From IMG/VR virus record IMGVR_UViG_3300047445_000406, positions 13,896 through 77,895 of that record: a stretch of DNA of 64,000 nucleotides; one strand, 5' to 3'. The notes beneath the pieces are model-generated. The model saw nothing but the letters and a program-made list of their open reading frames with translations, made no database searches and was not told the origin of the DNA. Every line of letters begins with the position of its first letter. Within the stretch, counting starts at the first letter, position 1. Of this stretch, positions 1 through 7,805 are shown in pieces. This DNA comes from a virus. The translations under genes and the position numbers were made by a program.

Positions 1-74
1 TGCCCTCTACCGCATCGGGCGCGTCGGCAGCCTCATACCAAAACCACCATGCAGATAGCATGGGGTTTATGACA

Positions 75-115
75 CCACCATTCCCTTGCGAATCAAGGGG
101 TGGTGGCTCTTTTTT
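75..115 (+). terminator. Intrinsic terminator
   Basis: Stem CCACCATTCCCTTG/CAAGGGGTGGTGG followed by CTCTTTTTT. Confidence 0.75.
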
Positions 116-145
116 ATTTGACCACAGTAGACAGTTGAGTTACAG

Positions 146-166
146 CATGGGCCTCCGGCCATGGTG
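146..166 (+). promoter_or_regulatory. Candidate vRNAP-type hairpin promoter (GGCC-TCC-GGCC)
   Basis: The template strand would form a GGA triloop closed by C:G, as in N4 vRNAP promoters. The predicted +1 is G at 166, upstream of the ORF at 206. Confidence 0.45.
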
Positions 167-205
167 TGGTGTAGCTGGACTCACATTTAAACCAAGGAGT
201 AAATC

Positions 206-586
206 ATGATCTTCGTATTCGGCAGCAATCTCGCAGGTGTCCACGGTGCTGGCGCCGCACGCTATGCACTGGAACATGAAGGTGCAGAGTGGGGCTATGG
301 TGTTGGCCAGATCGGCAACAGCTATGCCATCCCAACCAAGGATTACAAGATCAACAGTCTGCCCTTGGATATCATCAAGTTTCACGTACAGGTCTTCATC
401 AGCTATGCCGATCTACATCCTGAACTGGAATTCAAGGTGACACGCATCGGCTGTGGACTGGCTGGCTTCACCGATGAACAGATCGCACCACTGTTCGAGC
501 GTGCACCCAACAACTGCCTGTTTGACACCGCATGGCAGGACTATCTGGATTGCCGTCATTCCCGCAAATACTGGGGCCATCAGTAA
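206..586 (+). CDS. A1S_2505-family phage protein, probable macrodomain-like fold
   Basis: IFVFGSNLAGxHGAGAA, SYAIPTK and VTRIGCGLAG motifs; RBS AAGGAG. Confidence 0.75.
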   Translation: MIFVFGSNLAGVHGAGAARYALEHEGAEWGYGVGQIGNSYAIPTKDYKINSLPLDIIKFHVQVFISYADLHPELEFKVTRIGCGLAGFTDEQIAPLFERAPNNCLFDTAWQDYLDCRHSRKYWGHQ

Positions 587-598
587 GTAGGAGCCATC

Positions 599-829
599 AT
601 GTCTACTTCTTACTTGTTTCATCCTCAGCGACTTCCACAAATACTGACTGATAAAAAGATACTTCCCAGATTGACACGGGAAGATGACCTACTGTATGCG
701 GACTGCTACCTGCACACTGAAAACAACGGTCTGTGGTGGAGATACTGGACACAGGGGCATCAGTGGAAGGGTGTCGAATACAAAGATGTACCGGGCGAAT
801 TCAAAGCCCAGCTTTTACTTATCAAATAA
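599..829 (+). CDS. Small hypothetical protein, C-terminal-motif family member 1
   Basis: RBS AGGAG; ends WKGVEYKDVPGEFKAQLLLIK. Confidence 0.7.
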   Translation: MSTSYLFHPQRLPQILTDKKILPRLTREDDLLYADCYLHTENNGLWWRYWTQGHQWKGVEYKDVPGEFKAQLLLIK

Positions 830-840
830 GGAGTTTCACC

Positions 841-1791
841 ATGCCCAATATGGATCTTTTGAACCAAGAGTTCAACGAGAAACGGTACAACCGCAAGTAC
901 ATCGACGGTTATATCCGCAAAGAGATCTTGGCTAATCCAGACATGGTGGCCAAGATGCAGGATGGCGTATCCCGGTTAATCCAGTGGATGCAGGGCAGTT
1001 ACTACCCTTCCAAGGACAACCGCATTGCCCAGCTGCGAGGACTGGATCTGCAGGCACTAGTACTGGATGTGTTTGTCGGTGTGGCCTACTGCCAGACGCC
1101 GGAGCTATTCACGTCAGTGACCGCACAGCTGGCGGGCAGGCTGGGTTTCAGCGACAAGACGGCCGCCATTACCACGGTGGCCGAGATCACCGCCATCCTG
1201 TGCTACACCGATGCCTTCGACATCCGCAAGGCCAGCAAGATGGCCAGCCTTGAGGTAGTTTCCTGCATCCCACTTAGTGTCGGCTTGGTGGACTTCGTCA
1301 TCAACTCCCAGTACCTGCCGCCGATGGTGTGCGAGCCACAGCACCTGAAGCACAACTTCAGCAGTGGCTACCTGACGCACAACGATTCATTGATCCTTGG
1401 CGGGCCGATCAACCACCACGATGGGGACATCTGTCTGGACGTGCTCAACACCATGAACAAGGTGGCACTGAAGCTGGATCTGGACTTCCTGTGCACCGTG
1501 GAGGAAGAGCCCACGTTTGCCTTGGACACCGAAGACAAACGCATGCAGTGGGAGAATTTCAAGAAGCAGTCATATCGCTTCTACGACCTGATACAAAGCC
1601 AAGGTAACCGCTTCTACCTGACGCACAAGGTGGACAAGCGGGGCCGCATCTATGCCCAGGGCTACCACATCACCACGCAGGGTACTGCGTTCAAGAAGGC
1701 CATGCTGGAACTGGCAGAGCCTGAATATATCGAAGGAGTGCCATGTCCAACATGTCCAAGCGCATCTACTACTTCCACGACAAACAGCTGA
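841..1791 (+). CDS. N4-like RNA polymerase II subunit 1 (gp15-like)
   Basis: YLPPMVCEP and DKRGRIY (T7-type DxxGR) motifs; ATG at 841 follows RBS AAGGAG. Confidence 0.9.
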   Translation: MPNMDLLNQEFNEKRYNRKYIDGYIRKEILANPDMVAKMQDGVSRLIQWMQGSYYPSKDNRIAQLRGLDLQALVLDVFVGVAYCQTPELFTSVTAQLAGRLGFSDKTAAITTVAEITAILCYTDAFDIRKASKMASLEVVSCIPLSVGLVDFVINSQYLPPMVCEPQHLKHNFSSGYLTHNDSLILGGPINHHDGDICLDVLNTMNKVALKLDLDFLCTVEEEPTFALDTEDKRMQWENFKKQSYRFYDLIQSQGNRFYLTHKVDKRGRIYAQGYHITTQGTAFKKAMLELAEPEYIEGVPCPTCPSASTTSTTNS

Positions 1792-1961
1792 TTCCCAAAC
1801 CAGTAGAAGGGCAGGAAGCTCATGGATCCTACTGCTTCCGCCCTGATCTGGAACCGGAATGGCTGATCCGAATCACCTATGGTGGCACACCTATGTGGGT
1901 ATCGGCCAATGCCTTCGGTATCCCGCCAGAGGTCAAGGCCATGGCCCTCTTACTCAAATAA
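1743..1961 (+). CDS. Small hypothetical protein, C-terminal-motif family member 2
   Basis: RBS AAGGAG; ends WVSANAFGIPPEVKAMALLLK. Confidence 0.7.
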   Translation: MSNMSKRIYYFHDKQLIPKPVEGQEAHGSYCFRPDLEPEWLIRITYGGTPMWVSANAFGIPPEVKAMALLLK

Positions 1962-1971
1962 AGGAACCAAC

Positions 1972-2181
1972 ATGTCCCTGAAAGTTCAAGCCTTTTACGG
2001 TGCCCAGTACTTGGGCAACGAAACCACGATCGATGATATCGACCGCATGCCGGACGATACCTACCTGCTGATGAATGGTCACTGGTACCAGAAGGTGAAC
2101 AGTGCCACGGCACGCATCGCCAAGGTGGATCTGCCAGCGGAGATCAAAGCGCAGCTGGCCCTGTTGGGGATTGCGCCATGA
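1972..2181 (+). CDS. Small hypothetical protein, C-terminal-motif family member 3
   Basis: RBS AAGGA before the ATG at 1972; ends VDLPAEIKAQLALLGIAP. Confidence 0.7.
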   Translation: MSLKVQAFYGAQYLGNETTIDDIDRMPDDTYLLMNGHWYQKVNSATARIAKVDLPAEIKAQLALLGIAP

Positions 2182-2462
2182 ATATCAACAGCAACGGTGA
2201 GATCAGCTTCGCCAATGGAGGCCCGGTCAAGGACTACCACGTGTTCATGGGTACCGAGTATCTGGGTACCTTGGATATGGTCTGGCTGAAAATCTATAAC
2301 AGTGCTTTGCTGGTGGATATGAACAAGTACTACCAGACTGCCTTCATCTACCACCACACCAACCGACCAGTGCATTTCAAATGGTGGCGGCCTGATGGGA
2401 CACCGCGGAGCAGTGGCGATGTGCCGAAAGCATTCATCGTCATGGCCACGCTGGTGACATGA
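2178..2462 (+). CDS. Small hypothetical protein, C-terminal-motif family member 4
   Basis: ATGA overlap with the upstream gene; ends GDVPKAFIVMATLVT. Confidence 0.65.
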   Translation: MNINSNGEISFANGGPVKDYHVFMGTEYLGTLDMVWLKIYNSALLVDMNKYYQTAFIYHHTNRPVHFKWWRPDGTPRSSGDVPKAFIVMATLVT

Positions 2463-2827
2463 TGAACCGATCCAACATCCGATGGAGGACATGGATGAAC
2501 CCAGAAGACAACAGCATCACAATCAATATGACTTTTGATGACGGAGCAAGCTGCAAATGGTACCTGTTCGTCAACAACAAGTTCATTGGCAGCAGTGATG
2601 GCGACGGTACCTTGACGGTCAAGGAACTACCACCATACGTAATCCATGTGTGTTATCAGGATCCGAACTTCGGCTACGTCTGGAAGAACCAGTCAAACCA
2701 GCCAGTGAAGCTGAAGGCCTTGCACCCGGAACTTCAGGCAGCAGCTCTACTGCTTGGCTTGAATGATGCGATGGATGCTGCCGTCAATACTGGTGGTGTC
2801 AACTGGCTGAAGAAGAGGCAACCATGA
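2459..2827 (+). CDS. Small hypothetical protein, C-terminal-motif family member 5 (with C-terminal extension)
   Basis: ATGA overlap; contains ALHPELQAAALLLG near the C-terminus. Confidence 0.65.
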   Translation: MMNRSNIRWRTWMNPEDNSITINMTFDDGASCKWYLFVNNKFIGSSDGDGTLTVKELPPYVIHVCYQDPNFGYVWKNQSNQPVKLKALHPELQAAALLLGLNDAMDAAVNTGGVNWLKKRQP

Positions 2828-3096
2828 ACAAGTTCATCATCATCACCATGTTCGACCACGAGATCCACGAGTACCCGGAGCATCTCCCCATGCCACTGCC
2901 TACCCATCTCAGTGTCACCGATGCCTATGGCTACATGGTGAATACCGGGCAGTGGTATCGACTGTGGAAAGGGCTGGAAACCAGCCGTATGTACACTGGC
3001 GGCCGCACCAATTTCATCATGTCCCGCAAATGGGCCGAGCGTCCTCCGGACAAAATACCAGGCCGCATCAAAGCCCAAGTCACCCTACTCGCTTAA
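2824..3096 (+). CDS. Small hypothetical protein, C-terminal-motif family member 6
   Basis: ATGA overlap; ends WAERPPDKIPGRIKAQVTLLA. Confidence 0.7.
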   Translation: MNKFIIITMFDHEIHEYPEHLPMPLPTHLSVTDAYGYMVNTGQWYRLWKGLETSRMYTGGRTNFIMSRKWAERPPDKIPGRIKAQVTLLA

Positions 3097-3119
3097 ACAC
3101 TTAAACCAAGGAACCAATC

Positions 3120-4364
3120 ATGGAACAATTCACCGGCTGGCAGTACATGCTGATCGATCTGGCCAACCATTTTGGTCATGACAAGCTGCTCTTCAGTGAG
3201 CGCATCAAGTGGGCCGAGGACAACCTCACCCAGTTGGAACAACTCGCTGACCAAGCGGAGAACAAACCGCTGTACCACAAGGCAGTGCAGGCCATACGCA
3301 AGGTACAGGCTGGTGAGCCCACCGGCCACATGGTCGGTTTCGATGCCTGCTGCTCCGGCATTCAGGTCATGAGTGCGCTCACCGGCTGTATTGCAGGTGC
3401 CACCAACACCGGGCTGGTGGATCCGAATGTGCGGGCCGATGCCTATGGCCAGCTCACCTCGGTCATGCAAAACCTGCTGGGTTCTGGCTTCGGTGTCTCC
3501 CGCGGCGATGCCAAGCAGGCACTGATGACTTCGTTCTACGGCTCGAAACAGGAGCCGATCAACATCTTCGGTGCCGATACTCCGGAACTGTCGGCCTTCT
3601 ATCAGGCCGCAGCAACGATCGCACCGGGTGCATGGGAACTGCTGCAGGATCTCTTGGCTTCATGGCAGCCGTATGCACTGGAGCACCGCTGGAAGCTGCC
3701 AGATGGTTTCGATGCCCGCGTCAAGGTGATGGAGAAACTGGACTCCCGCATCGAAGTCGATGAACTGGACCACGCCACCTTTACCTACGAGTTCTATGAG
3801 AACAAGGGCACCAAGACTGGCCTGTCCAATGTCGCCAACGTGGTGCACAGCGTGGATGCCTACGTGCTGCGCTGCATCCACCGTCGCTGCAACTATGACC
3901 GTGAGATGGTAGAACAGGCTCACAAGCTGATTTCTTACACCTTGGGCCAGCGGGGCATGCTGCGCTGTGGCCACACCGGTAGCACGGGGGAACACTCCAA
4001 GGTGGACTACTACGTGGGGCAGATGGATCGCTCTGGCATGGTTGATGTGGTGATCCTGCCCCATCTCACTGAATCCAGTATCCGGACGGTGCCTACGCTG
4101 TACCTACGTCAGCTGGAAGCCATTTGCCTTACCATGCTGGCTCACAATCCCTTCAACGTAGTCACTATCCACGATGAGTTCAAGTGTGGTCCCAACCACA
4201 TGAACCACCTGCGCCAGCACTACATCAACATCTTCAGTGAACTGGCCGAGAGCCGTCTGCTGGACGATATCCTGTCGCAGCTGCATGGCGTACCGGGCAC
4301 CTTCCACAAGCTGTCCAACACCCTGCCACAACTGATCAAAGGATCCAACTATGCTCTCTCCTGA
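3120..4364 (+). CDS. N4-like RNA polymerase II subunit 2 (gp16-like, catalytic)
   Basis: Motif A FDACCSGIQ, motif B RGDAKQALMTSFYG, NVVHSVDA and motif C TIHDEF. Confidence 0.92.
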   Translation: MEQFTGWQYMLIDLANHFGHDKLLFSERIKWAEDNLTQLEQLADQAENKPLYHKAVQAIRKVQAGEPTGHMVGFDACCSGIQVMSALTGCIAGATNTGLVDPNVRADAYGQLTSVMQNLLGSGFGVSRGDAKQALMTSFYGSKQEPINIFGADTPELSAFYQAAATIAPGAWELLQDLLASWQPYALEHRWKLPDGFDARVKVMEKLDSRIEVDELDHATFTYEFYENKGTKTGLSNVANVVHSVDAYVLRCIHRRCNYDREMVEQAHKLISYTLGQRGMLRCGHTGSTGEHSKVDYYVGQMDRSGMVDVVILPHLTESSIRTVPTLYLRQLEAICLTMLAHNPFNVVTIHDEFKCGPNHMNHLRQHYINIFSELAESRLLDDILSQLHGVPGTFHKLSNTLPQLIKGSNYALS

Positions 4365-4542
4365 AATAGAGAAATACCGGGTAGCTGAACGTGAGCGCTG
4401 GCTTAGCAGCATGACTCCTGCAGATCGGGATCTATGTAACGCATGGCGAGACACCATCATCCAAGTAGGATGGGAAGTGTCTAGGCCTTACCTTGACCAG
4501 TTCATCATATACATCAGCAACAAATACCTGCTACCTCAGTAA
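4351..4542 (+). CDS. Small hypothetical protein
   Basis: RBS AAGGA; overlaps the end of RNAP2; lower GC than neighbours. Confidence 0.5.
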   Translation: MLSPEIEKYRVAERERWLSSMTPADRDLCNAWRDTIIQVGWEVSRPYLDQFIIYISNKYLLPQ

Positions 4543-4548
4543 AACAGC

Positions 4549-4570
4549 GGGCCGTCCCGGCCCTTCTACG
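4549..4570 (+). promoter_or_regulatory. TCC-loop hairpin plus TTCTACG element, copy 1
   Basis: GGGCCG-TCC-CGGCCC-TTCTACG. Confidence 0.55.
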
Positions 4571-4574
4571 ATCC

Positions 4575-4612
4575 GTCCCCCTCACTGGAAACAGTGGAGG
4601 GGACTATTTTTT
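4575..4612 (+). terminator. Intrinsic terminator
   Basis: GTCCCC.TCACTG-GAAA-CAGTG.AGGGGAC followed by a T run. Confidence 0.8.
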
Positions 4613-4646
4613 AAACCAGCACATTAGAGATCCAAGGAGACAGTCC

Positions 4647-5291
4647 ATGGTCCATGGCAAAGCCCTGATCATCCTGCGCAACGAAGGCCGTGACAGCTAT
4701 CTGTACGGCGACTGCCATATCCAGACCTGCAACTCCAACGGCAAGCCAGGTAATGAGGATGCCTGGCAGTATGCCGACGAAATGCTGAACTGCGATCTGT
4801 CCCTGGCTTTACCAAACAAGGTGAGCCTGGAAGCGGGCGACGCCATCTGGTTGCAGGTAACCTACGAGATCCACTACGTCCGCGGCGATGGCTGGACCAC
4901 CGATGACGATGTGGACGTGTACTTCAACAAGGTGCGGGTGCTGAAGAAGCGCATCGCCAAAGAGAACCGACCGGAGAAGCTGTTGCTGGCCAAGACCCTG
5001 CTGAACAAGATTGTGGACTACTGCCACACCTTCCCAGGCGACTGGGCCGTCAAAGACCTGGCCAAATTGGCCGGCATGGTTGGCATGCAGGTGGAGCCCT
5101 TCCTGCGCAGCACGCTGGACATGACTTCCCAGGAGCACATCGAAGCCATCCGGAAGAAGCTGCCGGAGGCTTTCCCACGGCCGATCCGAACAGGTCCGAT
5201 CAAGGTCGAGACGAACATCCATGGCGCCTGGCGGGTGGTCCCAGATACCACCAAAAAGATGCCAGACAAACAAGAAGTGCCTTATCTGTAG
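4647..5291 (+). CDS. Hypothetical protein
   Basis: 214-aa ORF with RBS AAGGAG and typical codon usage. Confidence 0.7.
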   Translation: MVHGKALIILRNEGRDSYLYGDCHIQTCNSNGKPGNEDAWQYADEMLNCDLSLALPNKVSLEAGDAIWLQVTYEIHYVRGDGWTTDDDVDVYFNKVRVLKKRIAKENRPEKLLLAKTLLNKIVDYCHTFPGDWAVKDLAKLAGMVGMQVEPFLRSTLDMTSQEHIEAIRKKLPEAFPRPIRTGPIKVETNIHGAWRVVPDTTKKMPDKQEVPYL

Positions 5292-5414
5292 AAGTTTTGA
5301 CAACTTCCGAGGGTGACGCCCAAAACACCCGAACCGATAAGCTAACTTCGCAAAAAATCGATTTTCCTACCATAGACAGCCGATATACTATCGGCCTTTC
5401 TCAGGAGCATAAAA

Positions 5415-6107
5415 ATGGCAGTAGACAACAGTACCAGGAGCCTGGTTTGTGATATTTATGACAAGCGTCGCACTACCATGACAGTCAAGGCCATGGCCCA
5501 TATGGCCGGCGTCAGTACCCGTACCTTCAACCGAATCCTGGTGGCCACCGGCCGGGCGACCAAGCACAACCTGGCACTGGATGAAGCCAGGAAGTTCACC
5601 AAGGTGTTGAACAAGTACAACATGCTGGAGCCCAAGGCCTTGGACCAGGCACTGAAGGAATGGTCGGATGGACAAGGTAGACTGTTTAACAACGTCAAGC
5701 CCCATGTCATGGCGCCGGTGACCGACGGCACTGAATTTTGCCTGGCCGTGTGCTATGCCTTTGACCACCTCTCCGCTGTGGTTTCGCATCAGGAAGGGGA
5801 CAAGGTCATCGTGGATCATGAAGCCACGATTAAAGCTACAGAAGCCTCCAGCTTCTTCAAGCTAAAGCTCAAGCCAGCCGAAATCATCAGCGCCATCACC
5901 AAGGAACAAGTCCAGGCCTACCTGAACAAAGCCAGTGTGGGTGAACTGGCCGGCCTGTTCTATGCCAGTGGCCTGCTGAAGATCGCAGAGATTCACAACA
6001 CGTCGGTCATGGCCGGCACCCTCAAACATCAACAGGCTGCCAGGGACGCGGCCCAACCACCAGTGAAGGTGAGCTATGCAGCCCAACCAGTCTACAAAAA
6101 CGCCTGA
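5415..6107 (+). CDS. Helix-turn-helix DNA-binding protein
   Basis: N-terminal HTH-like MTVKAMAHMAGVSTRTFNRIL; RBS AGGAG. Confidence 0.65.
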   Translation: MAVDNSTRSLVCDIYDKRRTTMTVKAMAHMAGVSTRTFNRILVATGRATKHNLALDEARKFTKVLNKYNMLEPKALDQALKEWSDGQGRLFNNVKPHVMAPVTDGTEFCLAVCYAFDHLSAVVSHQEGDKVIVDHEATIKATEASSFFKLKLKPAEIISAITKEQVQAYLNKASVGELAGLFYASGLLKIAEIHNTSVMAGTLKHQQAARDAAQPPVKVSYAAQPVYKNA

Positions 6108-6288
6108 TACCAAGGCTGAACCGAACATCAAGCCCGTTCCCATGCCAGTCTACCCGACCATGGAATCACTGGGCTCGGTCATTGACCTGGCTTACTCCCA
6201 GTTGCCGGATGTTCCACAGAACAAAGTCATGGCTCTGTTCATGACTTACCACAATACCCTGCTGAAGAAATTGGAGGAATCCCAGTGA
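6076..6288 (+). CDS. Hypothetical protein
   Basis: Tightly packed ORF; GTGA overlap with the next gene; start uncertain. Confidence 0.6.
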   Translation: MQPNQSTKTPDTKAEPNIKPVPMPVYPTMESLGSVIDLAYSQLPDVPQNKVMALFMTYHNTLLKKLEESQ

Positions 6289-6500
6289 GCAACTGTGATC
6301 ATCGTAAGAAGAACAAGTCTAAGCATGTTCTATGGGAAGCAATGACCACTGAAGAACTACTCAACATGCTGGGTAAGAAAGGCCGTGCCAAGTCAATCCG
6401 CTCTATCCTGCGTAAACGAATCCAAGCAGCCAACATCTTGCTGCCTGAAGACAAGAAGATTCCGCTTGGACCGATCAACAAAGGACTTCAACTGTACTAA
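6285..6500 (+). CDS. Small basic hypothetical protein
   Basis: RBS GGAGG, GTG start, K/R-rich. Confidence 0.55.
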   Translation: MSNCDHRKKNKSKHVLWEAMTTEELLNMLGKKGRAKSIRSILRKRIQAANILLPEDKKIPLGPINKGLQLY

Positions 6501-6508
6501 GAGAGATC

Positions 6509-6736
6509 ATGGAAGAAGAGCCAGTGATCATTCAGATGGCTCGATTCATCGTTAAACGCGCCATTGTCAATCTGAAAGTGCCAGACAGACCTACTGGAGA
6601 AACCAAGATCTGCACGTGTTGCAAGCGTAGGTATGATGCAGCCTCGTTTACCTTGAATCCATCTGGATTCCCCCACACTGAAGATTGCTTGTATAAGAAA
6701 GCACAAGCGATCGTCTTACTCGCACCGGAGAAATAA
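6509..6736 (+). CDS. Small Cys/His hypothetical protein
   Basis: CTCC...HTEDC pattern; operon packing. Confidence 0.55.
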   Translation: MEEEPVIIQMARFIVKRAIVNLKVPDRPTGETKICTCCKRRYDAASFTLNPSGFPHTEDCLYKKAQAIVLLAPEK

Positions 6737-7017
6737 TGGAACTCAAACCAGAAGACCTGGTGATCGAGCCCTGGAGAAGTCGCGGTATCCGTATTACCCA
6801 CACGCCCACCAGTGCCATGGTGATGTGTGATACCGAAGACAACATCAATCGTAACCGCGGCCTGGCGCTGGAAATGCTCCATGCCAAGCTGAAGCACATC
6901 GTCGCACACCGACCGGAAGGCGCCGTGCAGCTGTGGCTAGACCATGAGACAGGCTTGCTGACCGAGTCCACCACTGGCCGCGGTAGCTGGTACATCCCCT
7001 ACACCCCGAAAGGTTAA
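6736..7017 (+). CDS. Peptide chain release factor (RF-1 domain)-like protein lacking GGQ
   Basis: EDLVIE...GIRITHTPTSAMVMCD...NRGLALEML matches the class I RF domain 3 pattern DLRIE...AVRITHxPTGIVVxCQxERSQxxNKxxAL. Confidence 0.65.
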   Translation: MELKPEDLVIEPWRSRGIRITHTPTSAMVMCDTEDNINRNRGLALEMLHAKLKHIVAHRPEGAVQLWLDHETGLLTESTTGRGSWYIPYTPKG

Positions 7018-7021
7018 GCCA

Positions 7022-7516
7022 ATGAATGAACCTCGCAAGCCTATTGTCATCCTGTGCACCGAAGCCCAGGCCAAGCAGTATGGCAAGCTGCTGCAGCACT
7101 TCTACCAGCTGCCACGCATCCGCCACAACTGGTTTGGTACCCTGGACCTGCCGACCTACGACTCCCTGTACCTGACCCAGAGTAAGGACGTGTTCAAGTC
7201 CGTCAGGGAAATCGACGTAATCCGTACCCTGACCTTCGAGGAAGCAGCCAAGGATTACAACCTGGCCATTCCGCTGACCCGCTTCCGCTTTGGCCGGCCA
7301 CGTCGCCCAGGTGAATACCAAACACCAGCCAGTGATCGCAGTCAGGGTGGACGGCGCTGGTGGAATGGTAAGTACTGGTCCAAAGAATACAACCTGCTGT
7401 CTCCATCCTCGGCAAGGAATAAGCTGGCCGGTGAACGCTCACCAGTGGCCACGCCCAAGAACACCATGTTCCGTGGTCTGATGCAGGCACCAATTTACCT
7501 GGATTCAGTGGGGTAA
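7022..7516 (+). CDS. Hypothetical protein
   Basis: 164-aa ORF in operon; RRWWNGKYWS motif. Confidence 0.6.
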   Translation: MNEPRKPIVILCTEAQAKQYGKLLQHFYQLPRIRHNWFGTLDLPTYDSLYLTQSKDVFKSVREIDVIRTLTFEEAAKDYNLAIPLTRFRFGRPRRPGEYQTPASDRSQGGRRWWNGKYWSKEYNLLSPSSARNKLAGERSPVATPKNTMFRGLMQAPIYLDSVG

Positions 7517-7518
7517 TC

Positions 7519-7725
7519 ATGAGCCTGCGTAATGAAGCCATTTCGATCATCCAGGAACTTTCAACCTACCTACGTGCCCATATTCCGGATCGGAATTGCA
7601 GCTGTCACCTGAGCCCGCCATGCAGTGATTGCATAGACTACGGTGCCCAAAGGTCACTGGCTTCCGATGCCGAAGATCTGGTCAGAAAACTGAAGGCTGC
7701 TGAACTGATTGATCCTGAAGGTTGA
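7519..7725 (+). CDS. Small Zn-finger-like protein
   Basis: CSCHLSPPCSDC motif. Confidence 0.6.
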   Translation: MSLRNEAISIIQELSTYLRAHIPDRNCSCHLSPPCSDCIDYGAQRSLASDAEDLVRKLKAAELIDPEG

Positions 7726-7733
7726 TCTTCATT

Positions 7734-7755
7734 GCGTCCTCCGGACGCTTCTACG
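7734..7755 (+). promoter_or_regulatory. TCC-loop hairpin plus TTCTACG element, copy 2
   Basis: GCGTCC-TCC-GGACGC-TTCTACG, a perfect 6-bp stem. Confidence 0.55.
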
Positions 7756-7805
7756 TAGCTTTCCCTTCATCCAACAAACCCATCCAAACCATCATAGGAG
7801 CCGTC

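Noticed and set aside
5291-5400. Sigma70 promoter from TTGACA at 5297 and nearby hairpins
   Set aside because: There is no -10 at the correct spacing. The GCCGATA-TAC-TATCGGC palindrome could be an operator for the downstream HTH gene, but that is unsupported.
6509-6736. Possible seventh member of the C-terminal motif family (KKAQAIVLLA)
   Set aside because: It lacks the conserved Pro and the upstream Trp; the similarity is too weak.
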